A stretch of 63,132 nt of DNA, counting the filler, from Actinomycetota bacterium (GTDB taxonomy: Bacteria; Actinomycetota; CADDZG01; JAHWKV01; JAOPZY01), in the NCBI GenBank assembly GCA_025963875.1. It is 8 parts of 8 records of this genome, joined end to end, with 100 filler letters (N's around TTAATTAATTAA, not from the genome) between each part and the next. Parts side by side here need not be neighbours in the genome. Positions count along the whole stretch, not along the records: positions 1 to 7,131 come from JAOPZY010000137.1; positions 7,232 to 16,868 come from JAOPZY010000138.1; 6 more parts are not named here. One strand, 5' to 3'. Shown in pieces: positions 1 to 9,566 of the stretch (positions within the stretch are counted from its first letter, which is position 1; each line of letters begins with the position of its first letter). The notes beneath the pieces were generated by a model, which was given only the letters and a program-made list of their open reading frames with translations, was not told the origin of the DNA and made no database searches. A program made the translations under genes and the position numbers.

Positions 1-231
1 GGCGAGCGCACCACACCTCCGCCCGCGAACCTTGCTCTCCATCCGGTCTCCATCCCACCTTCGCACCCCGTGCGCAGCGGTCCGGTTCACTGAGTCGCTC
101 GAGCGTCCCCAAACGAAGGAGCGACCTATCCTCGTGCTCGCAGCCCCATGCCTGGCACCGAAGCCGAGTCGCCCGCGCACTGAAGCTCATCCCGCACGGC
201 GCGGGCTTCCGATCCGAAGTAGAGCCTCCTG

Positions 232-1374
232 ATGGTCGAGTGGTGGGTCTGGGCGGGGGTCGTCGCCTTCGTCCTTGGCATGCTCGCCGTCGACCTGGCC
301 CTTCACCGAAATGCTCACGAGGTGACCGTCGGCGAAGCCGCCCGCTGGAGCGCGGTGTGGATTGCCCTGGGACTGGCCTTCGGGGCGCTCGTCTGGGTAA
401 GACTCGGCGGCGTCGCTGCCGGCGAGTACCTTGGCGGCTACCTGATCGAAAAGAGCCTCTCGGTCGACAACATCTTCGTGTTCGCCCTGCTCTTCGGCTA
501 TTTCCGGGTACCGCTGTCCTACCAGCACCGGGTCCTGTTCTGGGGCGTGCTGGGGGCGCTCGTGCTCCGTGCCCTGTTCATCGTCGGTGGCGCTGCCCTC
601 ATCGAGTCCTTCCATTGGACCATCTACCTGTTCGGCGCTGCGCTCCTCTTCACAGGGGTGAGGATGGCGCGGCACGGGGGCGCCTCGGTCCACCCCGAGC
701 GGAACGCCGTCTTGAAGCTGCTGCGCCGGGTTGTGCCGGTGACGGAGGACTATGAGGGCCAGCGCTTCGTCGTGCGACGGGCCGGCCGCCGCCTCGCAAC
801 GCCCCTGCTGGCCGCCCTCATCGTTGTCGAGACGACCGACCTGCTCTTCGCGCTGGACTCGATCCCGGCCGTCTTCGCGGTCACGACCAACACGTTTCTG
901 GTCTTTACGTCCAACGCCTTCGCCGTCCTGGGCCTACGAGCGCTCTACTTCCTCTTCGCTCACACGATCGGACGCTTTGCCTACCTCAAGATCGGTCTCG
1001 CCGCCGTGCTCGTGTTCGTTGGAGCCAAGATGATCCTCACCGACCTGTACCGAGTCCCGATCTGGGCGTCACTGACGGTGATCGCCGCCCTGATCGGCGG
1101 CTCGGTGGTCGCCTCCCTCCGGCATGCCGGAGCGCCCGCGCCCTCTGCCACTGAGGGCCCGGGCCGTGGAGCGGATCTCGTCGACCATGGCCGCGGCGAC
1201 GGCAGTGAAGGGAACCGCCAGGAAGGCCCCCAAGAGACCGGCCACGGCAGTTCCCGCCGCGAGGGCGAGGACGATCGCCAGCGGGTGGAGTCGCAGGACC
1301 CTCCCCATGACGAGAGGTTGAAGAACATGGGCGTCGGCCTGGTTGACGGCCGCAACCAGGACGGCGACGAGTAG
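232..1374 (+). CDS. TerC/Alx family membrane protein
   Basis: Motifs GYLIEKSLSVDNIFVF and ETTDLLFALDSIPAVFAVT; many TM segments. Family-like sequence ends near 1125 and the ORF then reads on into the opposite gene. Confidence 0.92.
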   Translation: MVEWWVWAGVVAFVLGMLAVDLALHRNAHEVTVGEAARWSAVWIALGLAFGALVWVRLGGVAAGEYLGGYLIEKSLSVDNIFVFALLFGYFRVPLSYQHRVLFWGVLGALVLRALFIVGGAALIESFHWTIYLFGAALLFTGVRMARHGGASVHPERNAVLKLLRRVVPVTEDYEGQRFVVRRAGRRLATPLLAALIVVETTDLLFALDSIPAVFAVTTNTFLVFTSNAFAVLGLRALYFLFAHTIGRFAYLKIGLAAVLVFVGAKMILTDLYRVPIWASLTVIAALIGGSVVASLRHAGAPAPSATEGPGRGADLVDHGRGDGSEGNRQEGPQETGHGSSRREGEDDRQRVESQDPPHDERLKNMGVGLVDGRNQDGDE

Positions 1375-2283
1375 CGCGTCGACCGGCCCTCCGTTGACGA
1401 GGGCCACCAGGGCGGCGATCGTCCCCGACGCCAGAGAGCCCACCAGGGGGAGGAAGGCCCCGAGGAAGGCCAGGATGGCCAGCGGAACGGCGAGAGGGAC
1501 ACCGATGACCGTCAGCCCGATCCCGATCGTCGCTCCTTCCGCCAACCCGAGGAGCGCGCTGCCGCGCACGTAGGACCCGATGGTGGCGAAGGCTCGCCGC
1601 CCCATCCTGGCGGCGAGCTCCCGCCGGCCATGAGGGACCAGTGCGAGGCCCCAGGAGGAGATGACGTCCCCGTCCTTCAAGAAGAAGAACGTCAGGACGA
1701 GTGCGAGCAGCCCTCCGACGACCACCTCGAAGGCGAGCGATGCCCCGCTCAGCACCCGCAAGGCGAGAGTGGAGGCGCTGGCCCCGATCCCGTCGCGCAG
1801 CATGCCGAGGTAGCGGTCGAGCTGGCCCGGGGAGATGTCGAAGGGACCTTCGACGAGCCATTGCTGAAGCTGTCGAGCCGCCACCTGGAGCTGGGTCCCG
1901 ACCTGACCGATGTAACCGACGACCTGCGGGAGTGCCGTTGAGGCGCCCACGGCGGCAAGGCCGGCAGCGGCCAGGAGCACGGCCCAGGTCGCCAGGAGGG
2001 GTGGCCAGCGATGGGCCCGCAGCCACCCGGCCGCCGGGGCCAGAACCGAGGTCAGGAGGAGAGCCACCGCTCCGGCCACGACGATGGTGCGGAGCCGGTA
2101 GGCAACGAAACCCACCAGGGCGATCGCCGCTGCCGTGACCAGGAGGCGCCAGGCGAGCTGGGCGGCGTACTCGAGGCCGTGCGGGACTCGCGCCTTCGAT
2201 CCGGCCGGATCAGGTGCCTCGAGCGCAGGCGGCGCAGGGGATCCGGGCAGGGCGGAGCTGTCCGAGTTCCCGGTACGCATCAT
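1069..2283 (-). CDS. AI-2E family (PerM-like) transporter
   Basis: TFFFLKDG, FLPLVG and QPLVMGRVLRLHP motifs; hydrophobic profile. Confidence 0.9.
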   Translation of the reverse strand: MMRTGNSDSSALPGSPAPPALEAPDPAGSKARVPHGLEYAAQLAWRLLVTAAAIALVGFVAYRLRTIVVAGAVALLLTSVLAPAAGWLRAHRWPPLLATWAVLLAAAGLAAVGASTALPQVVGYIGQVGTQLQVAARQLQQWLVEGPFDISPGQLDRYLGMLRDGIGASASTLALRVLSGASLAFEVVVGGLLALVLTFFFLKDGDVISSWGLALVPHGRRELAARMGRRAFATIGSYVRGSALLGLAEGATIGIGLTVIGVPLAVPLAILAFLGAFLPLVGSLASGTIAALVALVNGGPVDALLVAVLVAAVNQADAHVLQPLVMGRVLRLHPLAIVLALAAGTAVAGLLGAFLAVPFTAVAAAMVDEIRSTARALSGRGRGRSGMPEGGDHRAADQGGDHRQ

Positions 2284-2379
2284 GGGTGCGGGAGCCAGGG
2301 AAGCTTGGGACTCTGTCTGAGGTCTGGAGCGACGGATCGCTGCAGTGGGCTGCAGGTGGCCTCCGCATGGCTCACCAAC

Positions 2380-3930
2380 TCATCGACGGGCTTCACTGGC
2401 CAGGTCCCGCTCGGCCGACCATCGCCGGACCGTCGCCGACGTCGCCGGACCCTCGCCGATGTCGATCACGACCACCCTCCCGCGGCCCCGCTGCACCCGT
2501 TCCCACGTGGCGATGACCTCCAGCGCGGCATGGTCGACATGCGTGAGGCCCTCGAGCCGGACCTGCACCTCCTGTTCGGGCGGGACCCCTTCGAGCGCCT
2601 CCACGAGCTTGGGAAGCCGCATGAAAGTAGCGGAGCCATGCAAGTTGACGATGGTGCGCCCGGAGGAGGTCTCGCGCTCCACGTCGACCCACAGGTGGGT
2701 GAGGCGATGAAAGAGGACGAGGGCGGCCGCGGCCAGCCCGGCGAGGACACCCTTGAGGAGATCGGTGGTCACGACACCGGCCATGGTGACGGCGTAGATC
2801 ACCACCTCCGCTGGCCCGATGCGGGCGAGCTCGGCGAGCGCCCGCCGGTTCATGAGCCGGCAGCCGACGACGACGAGGACTGCGGCCAGGCTGGCCACCG
2901 GCACGAGCCGGAGGAGGTACGGGGCCAGTGCCGCCAGCAGGAGCAACCAGGCCCCGTGGAACATGGTCGAAGCCCGGCTGCGGGCTCCGGCCCGAATGTT
3001 GGCGGTGGAACGGACGATCACGGCTGTCATCGGCAGAGCCCCGAGAAGCCCACAGGCGGTGTTGCCGATGCCCTGAGCGACGAGCTCGCGGTTGGGGTTG
3101 GTCCGGGGACCCGAATGCATCCGGTCGAGCGCGATCGCGCACAGAAGCGTCTCCGCGCTCGCCACCAGCGCTACTTGGACAGCCGCGACCCACAGCGTCC
3201 CGGACCGGAGAAGGTCCAGGGTGCTGAAGCTTGGCAGCGCGACGGCGGAGAGCATGCTGGCGGGAATCTCGACATGGGCCACCGCCAACCGAAAGAACGT
3301 GGCGACGCCCGTCGCGGCGAGCACGGCCACGAGCGCCGCGGGGAGGATCCTCAGCCGTCGGGGAGCCAACCGGGGCCACGACAGCAGGAACACGATCGTC
3401 AGGGCCCCGATCAGGGCGGATCCGATCCGGGCCGGCGATCCGCCGGGGTCGATGGCCCGAAGCAGCGCCGCGGGCAGCGTGAGCAGGTCGATCATGCCAT
3501 GTCCCCGAGCCCGATCCCCGAGCAGGGTGTGCGCCTGCCCGGCGGCGATGAGGAGGCCGATCCCGGCCAGCATCCCGTGCACGACTGCCGGGGGCACCGC
3601 CCGGAACCAGCGTCCGGCCCTGAGCACACCGGCGGCTACCTGGAGCAACCCGGCAACCAGGACCACCATCGACAGGAAGGCCAGGCCGTGCTGCTGGACG
3701 AGCTCGAGGACGATGACCGTCAGACCGGCCGCCGGGCCGCTTACCGAGAACGGCGTGCCCTGAATGGCGCCGACCAGTAGACCACCGACGATCCCGGTCA
3801 CCAGGCCGAGCGCCGGCGGCACCCCCGAGGCAAGGGCAATCCCGAGGCAGAGAGGGAGGGCGACGAGGAACACGACAACAGAGGCGAGCGCGTCTGCACC
3901 CAGCGTGCGCCGGTGCGTGGGGCGATTCAC
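2380..3930 (-). CDS. SulP family anion transporter with C-terminal STAS-like domain
   Basis: VVFLVALPLCLGIALASG, SVSGPAAGL and NRELVAQGIGN motifs; probable GTG start at 3930. Confidence 0.92.
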   Translation of the reverse strand: MNRPTHRRTLGADALASVVVFLVALPLCLGIALASGVPPALGLVTGIVGGLLVGAIQGTPFSVSGPAAGLTVIVLELVQQHGLAFLSMVVLVAGLLQVAAGVLRAGRWFRAVPPAVVHGMLAGIGLLIAAGQAHTLLGDRARGHGMIDLLTLPAALLRAIDPGGSPARIGSALIGALTIVFLLSWPRLAPRRLRILPAALVAVLAATGVATFFRLAVAHVEIPASMLSAVALPSFSTLDLLRSGTLWVAAVQVALVASAETLLCAIALDRMHSGPRTNPNRELVAQGIGNTACGLLGALPMTAVIVRSTANIRAGARSRASTMFHGAWLLLLAALAPYLLRLVPVASLAAVLVVVGCRLMNRRALAELARIGPAEVVIYAVTMAGVVTTDLLKGVLAGLAAAALVLFHRLTHLWVDVERETSSGRTIVNLHGSATFMRLPKLVEALEGVPPEQEVQVRLEGLTHVDHAALEVIATWERVQRGRGRVVVIDIGEGPATSATVRRWSAERDLASEARR

Positions 3931-4032
3931 GAGCGGCTCGCCGCTCCAGCGGCAACGCCGGCGAGCGGACGAGGCACCAAGGCCGCCGGGCACGAGCCGC
4001 GAAGGGCTGCGGGGAACTCCCACCGCGCCCTG

Positions 4033-4080
4033 GCAGGCTGCGCAGGGAGCCCCGATGCAGGCTGCGCAGGCAGCCCGGAT
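4033..4080. repeat. Imperfect 24-bp tandem duplication
   Basis: GCAGGCTGCGCAGGGAGCCCCGAT followed by GCAGGCTGCGCAGGCAGCCCGGAT. Confidence 0.8.
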
Positions 4081-4226
4081 TCGGTAGACCTGGAAAAGTT
4101 CGGCGTAGCAAGCATTTCAACCGGTATGGAAGCTTGGACCGATGCAGGGGGCGTGAAGCCGAGATGGAGGAAACGTGGAGAAGGTCGGAGGCCCGCCGGG
4201 GCAGTTTCGGCCGTCCTCGGACGGAG

Positions 4227-5663
4227 TCAGTCCGCCTGTGGAGGTGCGGGAGGAGCCACGCGGAAGGTGAGCATCACCGTCGTGCCTTCACCGGAGCGGC
4301 TTTCGATGCTGACGGTGCCTTTGTGGGCCTCGACGAGGCGCTGCACGACGGTGAGCCCGATTCCGCTGCCCGCGACCCTGACGGCCTGCGAGCCCCTCCA
4401 GAAGCGATCGAAGACGTGCGGCAGCTCGTCGGGGGGGATACCGGCACCGGAATCGGCGACGGAGAGGTAGGCGCTGCTACCGTCCGGGTCCTCGCCGGGA
4501 CCGGTCTCGATCTCCACACGCCCGCCGGCGGGCGTGAATTTCAGGGCATTGGTCAACAAGTTCGTGACGACCTGGTGGAGCCGGTCGGCATCTCCGAGAA
4601 CCGTCACCGGAGTCAGCCTTGCCTCCAGGCTGAGATCCGCTGCTTCGTAACGGGGGCGCAGCATGGCGAGAGCCCGGGCGGCGACGTTGGCCAGGTCCAC
4701 CGGGCCAGGCTCAAGAACGAGTCCCGTCGCATCGGCCGCGGCCAGTGTCTCGAGGTCCTCGACGATCTTGATGAGGCGCAGGACCTCGTCGTGGACGGAG
4801 GCAAGCTGGCCGGGACCCGCCGCCACGACACCATCTGCCATAGCCTCCAGGGTTGCCTGCAGGACGGTGAGAGGGGTCCGGAGCTCATGCGCCACGTCAG
4901 CGACCTGAATCCGCCGCAGCGAGTCCTCCAATGCCAGAGCATCAGCCATGCGGTCGAAGGCGCCGGCGAGCGCCCCCAGCTCACCCGGCGCCCGGATGTC
5001 TCCCACGCGGGCGCTCTTGTCGCCACTCTCGACCGCACGCACCGTCTCGGTCAACGCCACGACCGGCCGGGTGATCCGCCGGGACACGGCGATCGCCGCG
5101 CTGAGGGCCAGCAGCGCCGCCGCGCCCGCCCCCACCGCGACCGTCTCGATGAGGGCGTTGCGGAGGTGGCGGTCTGCCCCCGGAAGTCCTCCTCTGGAGA
5201 AAGCAGCGAGCACGCTGCCGACCCGCCGGCCGCCCACAACGACGTCTCGCTGCACGATACGACCCGGGCTCTTCTTCGGGGGGGAGCCTTCGACGATCCT
5301 TCCCGATTCGTCGAGCACGACGACCTCGCCGCCGCCGAGGTGGGCGAGGGCGTGGAGCGTCTCGAGGTGGGCGCCATCCCAGCCAACCCCATTCCTTTCG
5401 GCGGTGGCGTAGGCGACTCCGGCGGCCTGGACGATGTCGGCAGCTGTCTGATCCTGCTGCCGGCGCGCCAGGCCGGCGACCTCCCGAGCGGTCGCCACGA
5501 GCACCAATATGCTGAAGAGCGCCAGGGCTCCGAGTGCGACGGCGAGAAAGGCGAGCGCCAGGCGGGCCGTGAGCGGCCCCACCACCCTTGAGCGGGAAGA
5601 CCGGTCGAGGTCGTTGCGGAGGGCGTCACCATCGCCAGGAGCTCCCTCGGGAGGGTCAGGCAT
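4227..5663 (-). CDS. HAMP-domain sensor histidine kinase (BaeS-like)
   Basis: Two TM segments, H-box VAHELRTPL, N-box NLLTNALKF, DSGAGI and GSGIGL. Confidence 0.95.
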   Translation of the reverse strand: MPDPPEGAPGDGDALRNDLDRSSRSRVVGPLTARLALAFLAVALGALALFSILVLVATAREVAGLARRQQDQTAADIVQAAGVAYATAERNGVGWDGAHLETLHALAHLGGGEVVVLDESGRIVEGSPPKKSPGRIVQRDVVVGGRRVGSVLAAFSRGGLPGADRHLRNALIETVAVGAGAAALLALSAAIAVSRRITRPVVALTETVRAVESGDKSARVGDIRAPGELGALAGAFDRMADALALEDSLRRIQVADVAHELRTPLTVLQATLEAMADGVVAAGPGQLASVHDEVLRLIKIVEDLETLAAADATGLVLEPGPVDLANVAARALAMLRPRYEAADLSLEARLTPVTVLGDADRLHQVVTNLLTNALKFTPAGGRVEIETGPGEDPDGSSAYLSVADSGAGIPPDELPHVFDRFWRGSQAVRVAGSGIGLTVVQRLVEAHKGTVSIESRSGEGTTVMLTFRVAPPAPPQAD

Positions 5664-6354
5664 CCGGCGGGAGGCCGAGCCGATATCCCACCCCGAGGAC
5701 GGTCTCGATCACCCTGGGATTGCGGGGGTCGCGTTCAATCTTGCGCCGGAGGTTCTTCACATGGGAGTCGATCGTGCGCTCGTAGCCCTCAAACTCGTAG
5801 CCCCGCACTCGATTGATCAGCTCGTAGCGTGAGTAGACGCGTCCCGGCGTGCGGGTGAGGGCAACCAGGACACCCCACTCGGTGGGAGTCAACTCGACGG
5901 GTTCACCCCGCACCGACACGACCCGCCGCTCCTCGTCGATGACCACCTCGCCGCCTCCGAATAACGCCGGCCCGCCCCCGGCGCCGGCCGACTGTCCCCT
6001 GCGGAGGATGGCCTTCGCCCGGAGGACCAACTCGCGGGGGCTGAAGGGTTTCGTGACGTAGTCGTCAGCCCCCAGCTCCAGGCCGTGGATGCGATCCTGC
6101 TCCGCCGCCTTCGCGGTCAACATCAGGACGGGGACCCCGGAGAAGCGGCGGATCTCCGAGGCAACCGACTCGCCCCGGACGTCGGGGAGCCGCAGATCAA
6201 GGATCACAAGGTCGGGAGCCGCGGTCTGGGCCAGGCCGATCGCATCGGCCCCCGAGCCGGTGGAGACGACGTCGAAACCCTCCCGCTCGAAGTAGGAGCG
6301 AAGAAGCTCCCGGATCTTCACCTCGTCCTCGACCACGAGGATCGTTGTTCCCAT
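5656..6354 (-). CDS. OmpR-family response regulator
   Basis: VVEDE, LDLRLP, GADDYVTKPF and C-terminal wHTH (RTIDSHVKNLRRK); overlaps the kinase start. Confidence 0.95.
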   Translation of the reverse strand: MGTTILVVEDEVKIRELLRSYFEREGFDVVSTGSGADAIGLAQTAAPDLVILDLRLPDVRGESVASEIRRFSGVPVLMLTAKAAEQDRIHGLELGADDYVTKPFSPRELVLRAKAILRRGQSAGAGGGPALFGGGEVVIDEERRVVSVRGEPVELTPTEWGVLVALTRTPGRVYSRYELINRVRGYEFEGYERTIDSHVKNLRRKIERDPRNPRVIETVLGVGYRLGLPPDA

Positions 6355-6798
6355 TGCGTCTCCTTCGCGTCGTTGTTGCGCACCGAGGCCCGTGGGTCGG
6401 CACCTGATACGGGCCCGCCCGCAGGCGGTGGAGGAGCCAGACAAGGCCCGTCGCGAACAGGACCCAGATCGCTGCGGTGATCACCTCCAGCCACATCATT
6501 GTGCCCACCCCTCCTCCAGGAGTCCCTTCTCTCTCATGCAGGGGAGCCGACCGCTGCGAAGACCACCTCGCGTCCGAGTGGAGACCATGTGGAGATTCAA
6601 GGGTTGCCCGATTCCATCTGCTCTCCATGGCCATCTCATCCGCACTCACCGCCGCCCTGTTGCATGCCCCGATGGCGACCCACTGTCGATGGCGGAAACC
6701 GATAGTGTCAGAAGTATCGGGTTGGCGAGGATCGGCTTTCAGGATCAGGCAACCTTCCAGCCCAAGCTATTAATGCGAACTGCGGTCGGAGCGACGGC

Positions 6799-7131
6799 AT
6801 GATTAGCGTACCGAGATCGTTGGGAGCGGCGGGTCTGGCGGTTCTCGCGATCATTCTTGCGGCATGCGCTAGCAGGTCTGGGCACACGGCCACCCGCTCT
6901 GCACCCTCGTCAAGCCCCCCCTCAAGTTCGGCTTCGTCTGCTAGCCCCGTTAATCCAACTATTGCAGTCGGCACACCGACCGCAACCATGGGCACCAGCC
7001 CTGCAACCTCGCCCAATCGGGAGGTCGTCGCCCACGACGAGTCGGTGGTCGCCACGCTCAATGGAAACTGCGCGGCATTCGAACCGACTGGGTCGTGCAG
7101 CGGCTTGTTCACCGTGGACTCCACCCCGAAC
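6799..7131 (+). CDS. Lipoprotein, truncated by contig end
   Basis: Signal peptide with lipobox LAAC followed by a Ser/Pro/Thr-rich linker. Confidence 0.7.
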
Positions 7132-7231
7132 NNNNNNNNNNNNNNNNNNNNNNNNNNNNNNNNNNNNNNNNNNNNTTAATTAATTAANNNNNNNNNNNNN
7201 NNNNNNNNNNNNNNNNNNNNNNNNNNNNNNN
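7132..7231. other. Artificial contig linker; identical linkers at 16869-16968, 25930-26029, 33096-33195, 38557-38656, 51793-51892 and 60123-60222
   Basis: 100-nt N runs enclosing TTAATTAATTAA, which has stops in all six frames. Confidence 0.99.
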
Positions 7232-8646
7232 TCGCCGGTCCCGAAGAGCCGCTTCCATCGCCAGGCCACCTCACGGGTGAGCGGATCGATCCGCTCACGG
7301 ATCATCCTGTCCGCGGTCTCCTGCAGGACCTCGGCCGCGGCCTGCGTGATCGCCTCACGACGGTAGGCCGCGAGCTGCGCCGCCTCGGCGCCCTCCGCCT
7401 CCTCCACGCTCCGGAGCTGCTCCACGAGCTGGGCGCGCCGGCCCCCGAGCTCGGCGATCCTCTGGTCGTTCTCCCGCAGCCTGGCGGCCGCCCGCCGATG
7501 GCGCAGGTCGGCCTCGTCCAGATCCAGCACCGGTGCGTCGGGAACGGGAGGGGCGCCGGGCACCGAGCGCAGATCGCTGAGGAGGCGGCGGACCGCTGCG
7601 AGGCGGTCCTCGAGCTCAGCCGCCAGTCGCCGCACCTCGGAGGCCTGCCCGCTTGCCGTGGCAAGGGCCTCTTCGTGCTCGTGGATGGCGTGGGAGGCCT
7701 CGCCGGGCGTGATCGGGCGGAGGCAGGTCGGGCAGATGGCGCCGGCCTCCCGAAGCCGTTCGATCGTGGCCAGCTCCGCGGAGCCCCGTGCCTGATGGCC
7801 CGCAGCCTCCTGCCTGACCGCCTCCAACCGGTGCTGGATCTCCTCCTCCAGCGTGCCGAGGCGGGTAAGGGCCTCGCGCACCTCGACCTGGCCGAGATCC
7901 TCGGCTCTCGACAGCAGCTCCTCGATCTGGACCTCCCGCTGGGCGACGGCCCGCCGGTGATCCGCCCACCTCTGCGCTGCCTGGCGGATGGAGGCTGCCT
8001 CGGAGGCCAGCTCCTCCAGCGTGGACCTCGCCTCGTTCAGCCCGGCCAGCTGCTCGTCGATGCCCTCGACCGTCCGGCCGATCGCGGAGCGGTCCTGGGC
8101 CTGCTTTTTTTCGATGCTGCGGACGAGCTCCCTGGCCTGCCGCGCCTCCTTCGCCCCCCGGGCGGCCGTCTCTGCGGCGTCGAGCAGGGCGGAGACGCCG
8201 AAGACCCGGAACAGGTGGTCGCGGAGCTGGAACTCCTTCCCGCTGGCGATGTGGCTGCCGTCGGTCATGAAGGCGAGTCGCCCCAGGATCGAGGGGTCGA
8301 TGGCGAACTCCTCCTGGAGGATCGCCGGGAGATCGGTCACCGGTTCGCCGTCGAGGAGGATCTCGCTGCTCGTCCTGCCGCGGGCCGTGACGCTGCGTTC
8401 GATCTCGAGCCGCTTGCCGTCGGGCAGCTCCACCTCGAGCTGGACGGACGCGTGGTCGGCGTCGCCACGGACGCTGGACGCCGCGTCGACGTTCGACGCC
8501 TCCCCGAGCAGCCCCCAGGCGGCACCCATCACGATGGAGGACTTGCCGACGCCGTTGGCAGCGACGAGGAAGGTGACGCCTTCTTCGAAGGTGAGGTCAA
8601 GCCGGTCGTAGGCCCGCCAGTTGGTGAGGCTCAGCCGCCGGATCAT
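7232..8646 (-). CDS. Rad50/SbcC-like SMC-type ABC ATPase, C-terminus cut by contig end
   Basis: N-terminal IRRLSLTNWRAY, Walker A AANGVGKSS, coiled coils and a central zinc-hook-like CPTC. Confidence 0.88.
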
Positions 8647-9566
8647 GCCGCCTCCGTGGTGATCTGGCTGATGCGCTCGCCGATATCGTCCGCGGCGAGG
8701 TGCCCCCGGGCAACGTCCATCACGAGCTTGGCCAGCTCCTCGACCTCTTCCTCGCCGAGCGCGGCGAAGGCGAACGCCTTGGCGGGGATCCGGGCCCGCG
8801 ACGCCTCGTCCTTCAGACGCCGGACCACTGCGGTGGCCGTCTCGGCAGCCAGCACCGCCACGTCGAAGTCGCTCTCTGCGTGGATGATCGTCCCGGGCTC
8901 TTCCCAGACCGGCTCGATCTCGTCCAGATAGCTCGCCAGGGCGGCCACGAGCGGAAGCCTGGGGCGGCGGGGCCGGGGGCCGATCCGCAGTCCGGTCGGG
9001 GTCTCGACCGCCGGCCGGCAGTCCTGGGCCTCCACCAACAGGCAGGAGAGGTCGTCATCGTCGGCGACGAGCGCGACGGCAGCGGTCTCGGGGAACCGAT
9101 AGAAAAGCCGGTCGGCTTCCCGGAGCAGCTCCCCGGGATGAGAGAGCTCGTCGGGGCCGACGATCATGGCGCGGATCCTCACCCCTGCGACCCGTACGAG
9201 CAGGTCGGAGGGGGCATCGGGCAGCTCCGCCGCCTCCTCGTCGGTCAGCACGACCGCGCCCCGGTTCATGCGCTGGATGTCACGGGTGATCCGGCGCCGG
9301 GCATCCTCCCGCCGCGCGGCCACAGCGGGGGCCGCGGCCTCGACCGGCATGAAGCCCAACGCCCTGGCCACCGGGTCGTCCTCGAGGGGGGGGACGAGGT
9401 CGGCGTCGATGCCGGCGATGGCGTCGAGCAGCGTGAAGGTCCGCTGGAGTTCCGCACGCTCCTGCTCGTCCACTCCCGCAAGGTCGGGGGCTTCCCCTCC
9501 CTCCAACACGTGCCGAAGATAGGCATCGACCATGTCGTCGGGGTGATTGCCCCGCTGCTCGCTCAT
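8643..9566 (-). CDS. Hypothetical protein, 307 aa, acidic
   Basis: ATGA overlaps with both neighbours; GAGGAG RBS; coding-like composition. Confidence 0.85.
   Translation of the reverse strand: MSEQRGNHPDDMVDAYLRHVLEGGEAPDLAGVDEQERAELQRTFTLLDAIAGIDADLVPPLEDDPVARALGFMPVEAAAPAVAARREDARRRITRDIQRMNRGAVVLTDEEAAELPDAPSDLLVRVAGVRIRAMIVGPDELSHPGELLREADRLFYRFPETAAVALVADDDDLSCLLVEAQDCRPAVETPTGLRIGPRPRRPRLPLVAALASYLDEIEPVWEEPGTIIHAESDFDVAVLAAETATAVVRRLKDEASRARIPAKAFAFAALGEEEVEELAKLVMDVARGHLAADDIGERISQITTEAA

Noticed and set aside
1..231. yybP-ykoY manganese riboswitch expected upstream of TerC/Alx genes
   Set aside because: I could not find the consensus elements; an Rfam scan would be needed
7232..8646. 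Firm call as sbcC or as Lamassu/Wadjet
   Set aside because: No sbcD, recognisable Lamassu effector or jet partner is visible and the C-terminus is missing; left as Rad50-like
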